Positions 27,949 through 42,100 of a stretch of DNA of 64,000 bases are shown here, piece by piece. A model generated the notes under the pieces. That model was not told where the DNA came from and did no database searches. It saw only the letters and a list, made by a program, of their open reading frames with translations. The first letter of the stretch is position 1; each line of letters opens with the position of its first letter. Source of the DNA: Lingula anatina (taxonomy: Eukaryota; Animalia; Brachiopoda); contig CM120640.1 in assembly GCA_051362555.1 (NCBI GenBank), positions 43,750,788 through 43,814,787 on the forward strand, given 5' to 3'. The position numbers and the translations under genes were made by a program.

Positions 27949-30139
27949 ACAGCAAATGCCTCAAAACACGTCCTCTTGCAGTGATGCTACATTTTTGGCC
28001 TAATGTTAATTACCAGAAAGATATTTTTTAATGTGGTCAAATGAAAATAAAGGAAATCATACAAGCAAACCTGCACCAAATTTGCACCAATACTGATGTA
28101 AATGAAATCCACACAAATCTGTCTCATATGCTCAACATGGAGGCTAACAATTTATTATATAACTAAGAAAACACCTGTATTCCCCAAATGATGATATGCA
28201 AGTAGGGATTTTACATTGAAATAAGAATATAAGAATGATAGTTATTATTATCATTAATATAATTACCTTTGCTTTAGCAATGCAATTTCGTCTTCATGAA
28301 TCTGTTAATTTTCTGAAGGACTCCTATCATTTACCACACCAGTCAGCAATATCTTCAATTCACCTAAAAAAGCATGACCTACTTTAATATATTAATACAT
28401 TAACAGTATGCCAGAGAAACAATATCTTTCTCGCATTATTCATAACTACAAAAATAATGATAAAATAAAATATGAAAAAGTAAATAAGGAGAAAAAACAA
28501 AGAAACTGAAGACAAAGATTTTAGTCTTTTTAAGTCTGATATTACAAATGTCTAACCTACATAACCTACAAAAGACACAGAACAATAAATAATTATACAC
28601 ATATACATCTTGCAACATCATTAAATTCACATCAAGATTTGTGGAAATTTCTTGTTCTCTCTCCTTTTAAAACTAGTCCATACTATTGATTTACTCTCTC
28701 TCTATTCGTCCTCAAAACAAATCCAACCATGAGAAACATAAAACAAAGGCAAATCTTGAAATATGCAAGAACTCAATTAAACATTTGGCTCAATTGACAA
28801 TTTTACATCAAATGCATAAGAGTTTGATTGCAAGGAAAGTACCGATAGGTCAAAGCTACATGTTAGGTCATATTTTTACAGAGTAGTAAGCTTAACTTAT
28901 TTCCAGTTGTAATCTCAAATATATTACTACTAATAATAGTATATCAGCACATAATTTAACTACAGAGAGTCCATCCAATGCCACTCAACTTATAAATCTC
29001 AATATTTCAATGACTGTGGTGGGACAGCTGAGGGATAGGATTGACTTCCAAGGGATTAGATTGACTTTACATGTTCTGCTGGGACAGTATGTACTAAATT
29101 AGATTGTCACAAATGGACAGGAAATGCAACCTAAGCTGTCACTTTCACTACAGTCAGGCACATTAGATAAAAATAAAATCTGTTCTACCAATACATTGGT
29201 GAAGAAAAAAGACCCAAGCTGGAAATTTCTATTGAAGACACTGGCTGGATCTATATATATGCAGATTGTTTAATAAATTCTATTCAGCCTAGATAAACCC
29301 CAAGCTCCAGGCTTTAAAGCGAACCCTATTTATTTTCAACTGCTTCCTCAAACTCTTCATCTCCACAAGACAATAGACACAGAAAACTTTCCTAATGCAA
29401 CATGACAAGGCGCAGGCCATAATAAAAGTGCTGGATCCAATTCTAATCGATTTCCATCATTTAATTTAATGAGGGATTTCAGAGTTGGTAAATTGCAGGA
29501 TGAATTTCAAAGTATTTCATCTCCCCTGGCTGTGCCAGATGGCAAACAATCCGCCACCCTGAAACTGATATCCAGGAAAGAGCGAGAGTGGGGAAGATTA
29601 GTGCATTTATTACTTTGCTGATGTGTCATTCTCCAAATTCTATCCAGGGAATTCCAAGACTTTGTGATATCTCTTTACTTTAATTTGCTTCAACAATGGC
29701 ATTTGTGAATCAAATGGGAAAAGGGGATAATTCAGTGCTTTGAAAAGATTGAGGAGTAGGAGAATAATAATTAGAAATTATGGCTGTCTGATTATCTTGG
29801 GAAATGAATGTTTTGATAGCTTTTGTCTTATCACAGCAATCATCATAGCAACTGGAAAAGCCAGCATGTTCTTCATTTAGGCTGACCATGTGTATTGAGA
29901 TCAAAACTAATCCTTTGTTTTACTAATGTAATTCCACTGAGATTGGAAAATTGAACAGATGCTGTAGACTTTCGACCCTTTTAGTGGCAGATTAAAGTTC
30001 ACTTTTAAAAGAAAATCTGGACAATTTTTAATCCACACTAATTAAAAACATTAAATCTATTTGTAAGGACAGGATGGTTTGAACTTAAAATCTATGAATT
30101 CTAAGACTTAATATGCTAAACATTTCCAATTGAATTGGC

Positions 30140-30144
<5 letters not shown>

Positions 30145-30212
<68 letters not shown>
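30145..30212. repeat. Compound (TC)n(AC)n microsatellite
   Basis: Directly visible. Confidence 0.95.
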
Positions 30213-30213
<1 letters not shown>

Positions 30214-33200
30214 ATGAACAAAAATTTCTTATTTGTTGTCAACAAGACTATTACAATCATCAATATTTAGAAATATCTGGTAATAACTTTGTAACTACAA
30301 CAGTGCAGAAATTTGTGGCATAATTTCAATATGAAAGATGGCAACATCTTTATCATTTGTTAATAAGTGATTATGACTTTGTATATCTCCAGACCTGAGG
30401 TGAAGGAAAATATAAAATTTGACAACATTTCTATCTGCCATTATCATTCTGCATTTGAAAAAGCCTATAAAGAAGGAAGGATAAATCTTCACCATGAGTC
30501 ACTGATCAATTCATCTTTTTTCGATTTCTTTGAGTTTTTGAATAATACATGTACTTGTGTTTCAGCAAAAATACTGTCTTCCAAATTATCATGAAATGTG
30601 GTCATTTGTGAACAGGAAACACATCATCAAAAGACCATTACACAATTAATTTTCATTCCACTCAAGAGGATGTACACTATAAATATTCAATCGCAATATT
30701 CCCTGAGCTAATGAATTAAAAAACATGGTGTAAAAATGAGGTACGTGGTATGAGTAACGCGTAATAATTACTGCCTTTGCTCCTACCTCAGGACTGACCT
30801 ACACCTTAGGCAATTTCCTCAGAAGACAAATGCATTTATGACTCACTTTTAATATAACTGGGAGAAAACTGAACACTCGCTGATGCCAATATATATATCT
30901 TTTAGAACTTCTTGTGTTCACACATCTAAACTTAATCACCTAATCTAAAGTTAATCACTGTTCTTCCTCTTTGTATTCTCCTCTAATCTATCAATCATTG
31001 GCACTTAAAAAGCTTTTTGATATTCCCCGAGATGTTTTTTATCATAACCAGCCGCATCCAACCCCACCCCGCTGAGCTAGGCATGTGTTATACAGTGAGT
31101 CCTTTACATTGTGACCTTTGTGAAAAAGCAGACCATAAATTGCGGAATGGTGTGATTGGATGAGATAAATCATTTACCAAGGAAGCCTTGCTAATTTGAT
31201 TTCAGCAATATTCCCTACCAAAGTGCAGAAGGAAATGGATCAGATGCGACAAAAAATTGCATGAAAAATGATGTGCAAAATTAGCTGGGTATTAAAAAGA
31301 TAATCCAAGTGTCACCGGTAATGACTAACTCAAAAGACAGATGAGCTTATTTTGGTCATGTCAGTTCTGGGAGTTTAACTCTTCCACAACTGTTTCCGTC
31401 AACAATTTACCATGTTTAACCGAAATTATGCAATGTTCTCATGTCATGCTTGACATATTTCCAGGAATAATTGTGGACAGAATGCAAAAATGAGCATATG
31501 TCCATTTCATAATCAAATACAAGCTGATGCATTTTACATTTCCATCTGCACTTCCAGCATTTGATACCTTGGTCACCAGATGGCAGCACAGACCAAGCCC
31601 ATCTTTTCTGCATATTTTTTTTTTTTTTGACTCACCATCCATCATTTCAGCTGTAAGCTTTTCTCTTCTTTTTTTTTTTTTTTGTTATTTTTTACATCAA
31701 ATCTCTCATTTAACTTGCAATTGTTTCAAAATATCATGACCTTCTTGGTGCATCCAAAAATATTTAAAGCAATAGGAATTAAGATCGCTCACCTTTTGTC
31801 AGCTCCTTAATATGAGTCTACTGTTGCCCCCAGAAATACCCCTGCATATGCTATGTTCTCAAAACTTTCAATCCACCTCCTGCCACCCTTTTCCCATCAA
31901 CATTCTAATTAATCTCCTTCCCAACCTGCACCAAGGACATCCACAGATAGGCAGCCATAATCAACAAAATCACATAAAACCTGATATCAATCAAGAAAAT
32001 TGTATCAGAACTTGGGTAGTTATATTGGAAACTCTCCCATGATGGTCTTTTGCTATGAATAATGGCAGCTATGCCCTTTTCTCCAAGCCTTCTATCTCGC
32101 CACTTTAATGACAGAAATTCAGCAGCAACCTACTCTGGAAGCCTAATGGTCTCCCGTGAAATTAATTTTCCAAAATGTCCTTGCAACCACATAAACCTAA
32201 GGCTGAGAAATTACTAATAATGTCTAGCCTCTGCTGTTAAGTGGCCAGTTATGATAAAGGATGGGTGCTTTCAGCATCTCAAATACTTATTTATTCCTAG
32301 ACCTTTTTCTAGCCCTGTATCTCTCTGGCCAAGGTTTAAGAGAGAGATTTTTGTATCAGTAAATTATCATATAACTAAAAGAAAATGTTGAGTACTTCTA
32401 ACATACTCTTTTTTTCCTAAATGCAGTCTGTGCCATAGGCTTCTCAGACTACTGGCCATATAGACCACCATGCAGTTTCCTAAAAGCTACTACAATCACT
32501 GGTCTAAATTTCAATAACAATGACATTTCTCCTGATTTCATTAATGTAAGTTAAAACAAGACCTTGATTTTGTCAAACTTTTTTCCTTTTTTTAATTATC
32601 ATGTTATAGCCACATTAAAAAAAGCATTAATTTGAAAAAAAATCTGACAACTGTCAATTTGTGAATTTTGTGATATCTGTCTTTATGAAATAGCACGTAG
32701 TTAATGAAGGCAAACTGAAATCATCAGCATCAGGATGAAGACATGCAATAACTTTTCCATCAACTTTACTGATCAAACCATCCTCAATTAATTGCTAGAA
32801 AACAAGTTTTGAAAAAAAGCAGATCACTGCATGTCACAGTATATCAATATGCTGGTAGTTCATCTATGAAACTCTGGTTTAATGTAAAGACATGGAATGC
32901 TGGTATTTGTTCTGAAATGTCTTAAATTTTTAACTTATTTAAAGGAGACTTTGGCTTATTAATTCTATTTGATGATTTCTACAAAGGGAGCAATAAGTAC
33001 GGCTGCACATGCAAGACAGCGCAGCTGCTCTTGACACAAACAGATGTAAGTCTTAAAAGCATGGGATGAATTGTGCCTACGTTCTATCTTGTCAGCATAT
33101 CATTGGTTATTTTAGTGTCCTTACTGGTGGAGGGTCAAGGTAATGGAGATTATATCCAACGGGAGCATAAAACATTAATGGCCTGATTTATTGATAAGCT

Positions 33201-33401
33201 GAGAAAAATAAATGAATAAATATTTAAGAATCTACTGTTTTGATATGTATTTAATTAAGAAATTACAAAGTAAACAACAAGGCCAAGAACTTCACTAAAC
33301 TAAACTAAACAGCTGGCAAATATAAAGCAATAAAACAGAAAAAAAAAACTAGAATCACAAAACTGGTTTCAGAACTAGATCTCAAATGAGTTTGCAATTG
33401 T

Positions 33402-33402
<1 letters not shown>

Positions 33403-33444
<42 letters not shown>
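33403..33444. repeat. (CA)n microsatellite
   Basis: Directly visible. Confidence 0.95.
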
Positions 33445-33450
<6 letters not shown>

Positions 33451-34887
33451 ACACTTCTACAACAAATCCCCTATAATTTCTTGCCCAGATAATGAATCAT
33501 ACTCCCAATCGGCAGATCATCAGAGAAGTGTGTCCCACCACTGATAATGTCACCAGACCAGGCCATCATTTTACCACAGTTTTCCCAAGAGTCTGATATG
33601 GACCCAATGCCCATCTGGCCATAATGGCTGATAGGACAGGTCTCAGATCATTAGGTAAATGTCTATTCCTTGAGGCTGCTAGAAAAGGAAAGTCACTTTG
33701 CATGTGACAGGCTATTTCAAAAAGTATTACAATTAAGTCAAACCTGATTCATTACTTCTGAACAGTTTCCTGACACCCCGTGTATTGGTTTTAAGGTTGC
33801 ATTGAAATGCCTTGGTCTGATACAATTTATCTTTCAAAAGGTGGACTGGCATTATTCAGATTATTTTCTTCCAATACAGTTATTACCATTTTGATGGAAA
33901 ATATTAATGATGGACCTTTCAATTAGTTTTTTTCAAAAACACTGGTAGAAATCAGTCATCTGTCAATGCATATCAATTCAAATAAACAAATTCTAAAAAA
34001 AGCAAAAAGCAAGTGCAATTAACCTTAATGCCATCTTCACTTGTGTACCTTTTTTTAATTTGTCTCTATATCTACTCTGAACATATATGTTTCATCACTT
34101 TACGTATTATTTAGGTCATTTTTGCCTTATCTTAATCACAGCAGATTACATAGTCTGGCATTTCTGCCAATTGAACATTATTTCTTATCAATGAGATATT
34201 TATTATTGTAATGTACACATTTACAGTACACTATGAGTGTACTTACCTAATCGAGCCTGGCCAAAAACTGACAGTGTTCATGCTTTTATCACCATGGCTC
34301 CTTCCCAACAATTTCTTCAACATCTAAGATTTACTTTGTACAAAATACAATATCGGCAAATGTTACCCTGCTTACACACAGTAAAGTGACTGCGGTGTAG
34401 GGAGTGATAAAACACTGCCTTATTTGTATGCAATTTTATTCAAACTCAGTCCATGTCAGTGGGTATAAACTGTCCTTATTACAGTCTGGGTATGAATTGA
34501 GCTAATCCAAGTCATCAGAATGGCAATTCAAATCAGTGACAAATTTATCACTCAGGATTAAGCTAATCTAGAATGTTTATTTGACACATTTTTTAAGATT
34601 GTTTACCTAATACCACTGCCTGAGCGACAAGAGACTCTGCCTATCTGGATATTGTTTTTGTTTTAATTTTCTCTCCCACCCCTACTCTTTTCCTATCCCC
34701 TACTTCATCCACAAAATGATGCTGGTGCCATGTTCTATCTTGTACAAAAATTTGATACAAAGAAGAGCTGCAATTTATGGGCACAGTGTTAAGTTTCACT
34801 TTAAACACTTTCTTTTGTAAATAGCCTCCTTCTATTGCAACACATTATTTTACTCCTTGTCAATATTTTGACAGGTATATTGCTTAA

Positions 34888-36461
34888 GGGATCTTGGATA
34901 TTAACGAAAAAGTCCAAAACTAATGCAGCTAATGAAATTTCCTATTAACTTAAAGAAAAGGTCTAGCAAGCCAAACAATTTTTCAAAGTTTGTAGTCACA
35001 GTGTAACACGAGTGACGTAATATCAGCGTTTTGAGGCTAAAATTGTCTTTTTTTTAATCAAGAATTTCTCTTAAACAAAAAGCCCTATTAATACGATTGA
35101 AATAGCTATCTAAAGGTTAGCACAAACTCCATTAAACTCTGTCAGGATTTTCTCTTTTTATTTTTACTTTTGATTTTATTTTGATAAAACGTGAATTTTA
35201 CGAAATATATATGGACCTTCCAATTTCAGTATTAATAACTTCAAAAATAAAAGGTCAATCCAAAAACCAAGACTCAGACGACTAGATATTATACTGAAAC
35301 AGAGACACATCAAATTTCATGTCAATCTGACAGTTACAGAATGAGATATGGGGATTGAAGTTTAGACTATGTTATCAATCTTCAAAGCTGAGAAATCGCT
35401 CCTAAACCATTTTGCTCAGGTAATTGGGCTATTTAAGCAAAATAATTGCACCTCCACCTTACCTGTTATCATCTTGTTGATCGGGAAGGTCTATACACCA
35501 TTACGTGTTAAAATTGGGTTGTTTGTTTCTATCTAGATGCCAGAAAATCTTACTTTTGTACGCAAACTTATTCGTACCACGAAAGTCGCTCTTCCCTGGG
35601 AAATGATTGACAGCTGAGTAGGTCTACCTACTCTCGTTTCACTGACGTAATTAATCATAATTGTGCCTGACGCAGTAGGAGTCTGTGCACTGTCTAGGAA
35701 GTGTCTAAGGAAGCGCTTACAAACAAAAAGAGGATTACTTGGTGTGCCAGCAGAGGACAATGCCACCCGTCGTGCGTGGGCGCCGCTCTACACACCAAGA
35801 CGCGAAAGTTGAGAAAGTAAAGCAAGATTTACTCCGAGAAATGGCCGAATGTGGGTACGTATATGCCATGATGCCACAGAGTGCCAAGACCGTAATATGC
35901 GAATTTGAAAATGTTTTGGGTGGCAATATTACTTTAAAACTTGCTTGCTATTACAATCTTTATTGTGCATAAAATGATTGCCTAACGATTTTTTTCTGAC
36001 AACCCCAGACGTTGTACGAATACTCAGCAGTTCAAGTGTGATCTCGAGTCTTTACCGCGGGGTTTCTCCATCCACCAGAAGCACTCTCTTTCAAAATTCT
36101 CTTGCTTTCCTCGCTCATCCGTTTTCTCACGACTTTCTTTCTTCCCATGACTGTGTATATAACTGTGTTCTGCTTAGCTGACGTAAGACTTATGAGCTGC
36201 CAGGGCACGCGTAACAGCTTAAGAAGTTAGACAACCATTCTTGCCCCGCCCCCATAGTAACGGTGCTTGACAACGGAGGCGGAGCCTAAAGCCTGCCACC
36301 CGTACCAGTCAGGACAGGTAGAAAAACTCGTCCAAATGTATATTTTTAGTCCGTGTTTCACAAATATTACTTAATTGAGTAATAGATACAAAATTGATTA
36401 TTTCTAACGTATAAAAAACTAAAAATCGAGTTTTAGACGTATTTTTAATATCCTAGACCCC
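34888..36461. mobile_element. Non-autonomous Kolobok-like DNA transposon (internal deletion derivative, ~1.57 kb)
   Basis: TTAA|GGGATCTTGGATATTAACGAAAAAGTCCAAAACT ... AGTTTTAGACGTATTTTTAATATCCTAGACCCC|TTAA: ~33-bp imperfect TIRs, a TTAA target duplication and purine (GG...CC) termini, unlike piggyBac CC...GG. The interior is CpG-rich against CpG-poor flanks and holds two convergent short ORF starts. Confidence 0.8.
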
Positions 36462-39162
36462 TTAAACAACATCTGAGCGGTCCATGTCACTGCTGTGAGC
36501 TGCTTTTTTCTAGTGACAAGACCATCATCCTAGATCCTGAATCATTATGCATACAATCCAAAGTTCAGGGCCATATTTTTCTGGTTATTTATCTACCAAC
36601 CAATCATGATACTTTTTTTAAAATGTCTCATTTTCAGACGAAGCCCGCTCTCACAAGTTGTTTCAGATTTTTTCAGCTGATCTGTAATAACAGTATATAG
36701 ATATCGATATCCTGAAATATGATCCAAGAAAGAAAGCATTAATGTGATATACAATTTAGCCGGGCATTATTATCTCTTTAGACGAGGGAAGAAAAGAAAG
36801 GTGGGGTGAAGGCTATCAATGAGGTAGATACGCAAAAAGAGCCCACACAAGTTGAAAATTAACTCTAAGTCTAACCATCACAAAGGTGCAATTTTGATTG
36901 TCAAAACATCTGATGCATATCCATACAGGTTTTACATGCAGTATCACAATGAATGAGAACCCCAGTGTACATCTTTGCCAATGGGTTCTGGTGTTGATAA
37001 GTGCCTGTCTAAAATGTTTGGCAGCAGGTCATACAAACAATTACAAAGTACTTAAACTTAGCACCTTTTAAGATAAATCTTAAAAGATTCATTGCAACAG
37101 TATTGTTCATCAGGTAGGAAATGATGAATGTAAGACAGAATCCATTCCTCCATGTCCCCCCCCCCTCCCCCCCCCCTCCCCCTAACACAGACATGCCACT
37201 GCACTGCATACAAAAAAGTTAAAATCGCGGGTGGTCAGTCTTCTTGCATCGATCTGGATTCTTTTGAAGCATCATATCCTTAACTTTTTTAATGAACAAA
37301 TTGCAAGTTGCATTTCAAATCCCACTAGATGGTGATACCTCCTAATACTTTCAAGACAAGCCCTTGGCACTACTTGTGCCAATTACATTTCAATATGATA
37401 CCCAACTGATATAAATATATGCAAATGAAAAAATCTAGATGATCTGGGGTTGTTTTTAAAGCAAATGCCAGAAGATACACAACACCTTTCCTAACCCTTA
37501 CAGGAGTGATCTGTTTTCAGCCATGTCAGTTGTCACGTAGATGATAGATGGAGAGATGCATGAATAGGTCAGTGATGAGGCTAAAGGGAGAAAATGTATA
37601 GTTACCTATTGCACGTAGCTTCTTTAGTTCCAGAGGGTAGCCTTATATTAATTTAGTTATCATTTTTGTTTGAACTATTGACTAAGATATTAAAATCAAA
37701 CGACATGTTGTTTCGCCATATCAAAATGCTTTAGAGCCTTGGGAAAATTAATGCCATGCATTGTCTTTTTTTGCATTTGTCAAAAAGAAAATATATACCC
37801 TACAAGGTTCAACTAAAATGCTTTCACATGACATCGATTCATATAAACCAAAATAATTTGTCTCTGGAGATGAGTAAGAATATTACCTGATGGAAATATG
37901 CATACACATATGGCATTTGCTGCCAGTAAGTCTACTAACTTCAACATTTAATTTTTTTACCACATAAGCATACATTAAATTTCAATCATTATGTTACAAT
38001 TTTGCGGTTCAACCACAAGCTTATTGGTGGATTACTACTTAACTGCTACAAAAAGGGCCGCAACAACCCATATATGGATTTGAAGCAATTTACAAAAGAT
38101 ATATATGCTGAGCCCCAATTGGATTTTTCAAAACCGTTTAAGACAAACCCATTTTCTGAAACCTAATCTGCATCCCATTGTTAGAGAGATGTATGCAACA
38201 TGCCAGGGCAGTGAGTTTGAAACCGAGATATTGAAACGGATCCATCTGTCTCTGTCACAATAACCAGCTCTGTGTAAAGGAGGTGTCGGTGTAGAGTGAA
38301 AGAATTAATTCTTTCTATATGATACAGGAGATGGGATAATGATCCTTAGCCACTGCGGGTTACATGCACACAATGGTGGACATTCCATGTTTAGACATCA
38401 CCTTTTTTCTTCTTTGTAGCAAGCGTCACCAATTGTGTGTCACCCTAGTGCCTAGGCTAGGGTATAATAGGGGAAAAATCTCCAGTTTTCTCTCCCCTAC
38501 ACCTTCATCACTAATGATACAATGTAAAAGTGGATGGATAAGACATGGCAGAGCTTGTTAGATACACCTGGGGCATCTTGTTAAAAAATAAAGGGAAGAA
38601 ATGTAGCGAGAGTAACACTATAGGTTAAAACACACTAAAATTCATGGCTTTTTTGTTTGTTTCATAGATATATTAAGGTACGACCAATTCTTCAGGTCAA
38701 AAATGGAGCAATTTCTGGCATAGTCATCAATGTGCAATAGAAGATATCAGTTTGGTGTTTATCTCAGTAAGGTTAATCAAATGAAGCTGCGTCTCTCATA
38801 GGCTATCAACCAATACTTCACTGGAGTCTGAATCTCAGTCTGCAACCTTGAATATTCACACTCAACTTCAACCCATTAAAAGATAAAGGTGATGAATATT
38901 AGACATAATGTTAATTGTTTTCCTTGTTCATCTCATTTCTAAAAGCATACGAAAGCTAAGACCTCATTTTAACCGCTGAATTTGACCGAGTCCCTCCACT
39001 TAACAAAATGTCCATCTTTCACTAAACAAAATGTCTATCTTTCCACCATAAGGATCTGTTTTACCAATAAAAGTAACATTTTTTTGTATCAGCTAATAAA
39101 ATTTGTTGAGAGTTGTTGAATTCATTTTTGTCATTCTTGTTTTTTTAAATTCAAATACTCAC

Positions 39163-42100
39163 CTTTTATCTCTTCATTGACAGAGCAGATTGAGTTGAAA
39201 TTCATTTCCTTCTCTATCAGGTGGCCAGGACTATACAACTTTAAAATTAACAGACACCATTTGGCATAAAAAAAAACCAAGCCTTTTACGAAAGCTGGCC
39301 CCTCATCTGTTACCTAATCTTACCTGCTTAACCTCTCTTCAATCCCAGCGCCAAATCTTGTCTCAATCTCAGCCAAAAGTGTCTACAAATAAAATTGAAC
39401 AAGATTAATATATTTGACAAAAAGCAATTGGATTTGGCGAACACCAGCAATACAATACCTGGAGCCCAGGGAAATGAATGTAATCACTTCAATATATCAG
39501 TTTGTGACAAACAGGGCCTGTTTACCTGGACTGATATTTAAGCAATGAGCATTACAATGCTTCCCATGGAATGGGTCCACAGACTGAAATATGAAATTGT
39601 CAATATTCAGACAAGGTTATAAAAACCATAAAAAATGGCTCCCCCAGGCCAAAATTGTCTATGGTAACAAGAGAGCTAGGCTCCTGTTTTTGTGTTCATT
39701 GGTGATTGTGTGAGTTGTACTTGGCAACACTGCAAACTAAATGTCTGTTAAAAGGTGCTGGAGTTTTCCCAACCTCTCCACTGTCCCCTTCAGCACTCCA
39801 TAAACTCACCTGGATAGAAATGACTGATCTGACATCTGGTGGGACAGATACAAACTAAAATGAAGCTTTGGTACCGATATGGATTCATCTGCCATAAAAC
39901 ATATAATTGCGAAAATGCACCTTAATAAGTTAGTCAAGTTCCTTACATTGGCAGGTGATTGCACAGCAATTCTTTACTTGCTTTTGTATTCCAAATGTCA
40001 GAAAGAAATTAAAATCACCATTTGTACCATAAACCAGTATTTATTTACAATAAACCTCTAGTTTATTAAACAGATATTGTCCTCCTGTTTAACCTTATGA
40101 ATGTAGATTATAAATGAGAGCATATAATGCTTCCATGCAAATTGTCTCCGTTTCTTGTAAATAAACTCTGCTTAAAAAAAACCTTCATGAATAATAAAAC
40201 ACATATCACCATCATGAGATGCATATATTCATACACCTTTCACTCGTGAAGTGAATAAACTATGAAATCACTCAAGCCAGTAACAATACAAGCTCATGAT
40301 CACCCTGGTAATTATGTATCACAAGATAGCACAAAGACTGCTCTGGAGTATATATAAATATATATTCACCACTGCACATGCATCACAGGAGTACCGCCCT
40401 GAGACTGTCACCTACAACTTCATGTTGAGTGGTGCATATGATGTGCAACCTCATTATCAGTTATGACTGTGTGTAGCCAAGCTTCCTTATTGTTTAGACA
40501 TATGAGGAATGTCACAGAAATCTTAACATGACAGCAAAATACCTAGCAACTGGTGGTTTCTGTCCCAAAATGATTACTCAATACAAAAGTATCTGATTGA
40601 AAAAAGTTTAATGGAGTATTCCAAGTTAAAAAAGAAAGAAATTGAATAAAAAAAGTATTATTCTGCAGAGAAAACTGATCTGACTTAGATTTTCTAAATC
40701 TCTGCCAAGGCTTGTATATTTCTACCAATATATTCTGGGATAATAATATAAATGTTGTTAAATTATACAAAAATTATCCAATTGCACATTTATTCCATCA
40801 GATATGTTGTTTTTGTATGACATGAAGTTTGATATTTAAATTCCTTTGTAAGAGACTCCCATCTCTTCAAATTTTAACATGTAACAAAGTATATTTCAAG
40901 GAATAAGACCCTGCAGTGGGATGCATTTTAAAATTCAGTCTGATAAAAATGGATAACTCCTGGTAATTGCAAATAAACATCATGTATAAAACTTCAAGGC
41001 GATATCAATTTGGCTGTTATATTTCCGCAACACATCTATCTCCAAGCTCCAGCAAAAAAAAAAAAAAAAATCCAAAACAAAAGATACAACAGTGACATAT
41101 TTTACTGTCGCATGAGATCAAGTCATCAGGAGCACAGTCTATGCTGCACCATGTGTACAAACACTGAAAATGACACATGCCTCTGACATCTCTACTTTAT
41201 GGCCACTACTTAGTATGCACAGGCACAGACTTTACCCAAGAACTGCCCTATATCCAGTGACAGATTCTTCTCCCCTTCAACAGCACATAGCCTTGTGCAG
41301 CTTTGAAGTCCTGTTGGTTATGGGTTGAATGGGTTGAAGCCATGGTGGTACTGGTCTTTCAAGTTTGTTTAATTTGATCATTAATATAGGTTGCATCACA
41401 CAGGGGGTGGAGGGGCAGGACCACCCTAGGGTAACATCATTTTTCAAATAGAATACCAAAGAGGGGATGTCCACATCATAGAATTCCTCCCATGACCTTG
41501 CCAAAGGGTCATTATTAAACATCATCTCTCTAGGATTACAAAGAAGTTAATCAGATAGTATGAGGATGTTATAGCTATGGGTGTAATTAGAAAACCCCTT
41601 GTGCTTTCAGCTTCTTCATAAGTTATTAGGTAGATGTATAATGCCCTATCATCTGCTGGTAAAATTATACATAGCATTATCTTTTGTAATCTTCATCCCT
41701 CCACTGGCAGTAAAATTCATTGCTAATAGAAAGTTGTATTTTCCACAATGCTCATGGTGGTTTCCTAATAATAATGATGATGATGATGGTGGGGCCATAT
41801 AGGTAGTTTTTAAGCTTTTTTCACAAAATATACAGCATTTGAAATTTTACTTCACAAGTAAAAGTTGTGTTTAACATACATTGCGCAACGGCTTATGATA
41901 CATGTTTAAAAAAATTGAATGTATTAACAGAACTTTACCACTTTCTCAAAACTATCAAACATATGCTACTTAAAATGAATGAACAAGACAAGAGGCCCAA
42001 ATGTTAATGTACAAGCAAACTGCTTCCCTGTGTGTATACAGAATACAGAACACATGTTGCACAAGTAATCAATTCATGTAAATGTCACCAGAGACCAGTC

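Noticed and set aside
25603-31820. Further possible minus-strand exons (donors near 25602, 28266 and 31792)
   Set aside because: Acceptors are weak and phases could not be chained; left unassigned without transcript data.
34884-36465. piggyBac assignment for the TTAA-flanked element
   Set aside because: The termini are GG...CC rather than the piggyBac CC...GG, which fits Kolobok better.
41277-41525. 82-aa minus-strand ORF inside the hidden-gene interval
   Set aside because: No convincing flanking splice sites or phase link to the exon chain.
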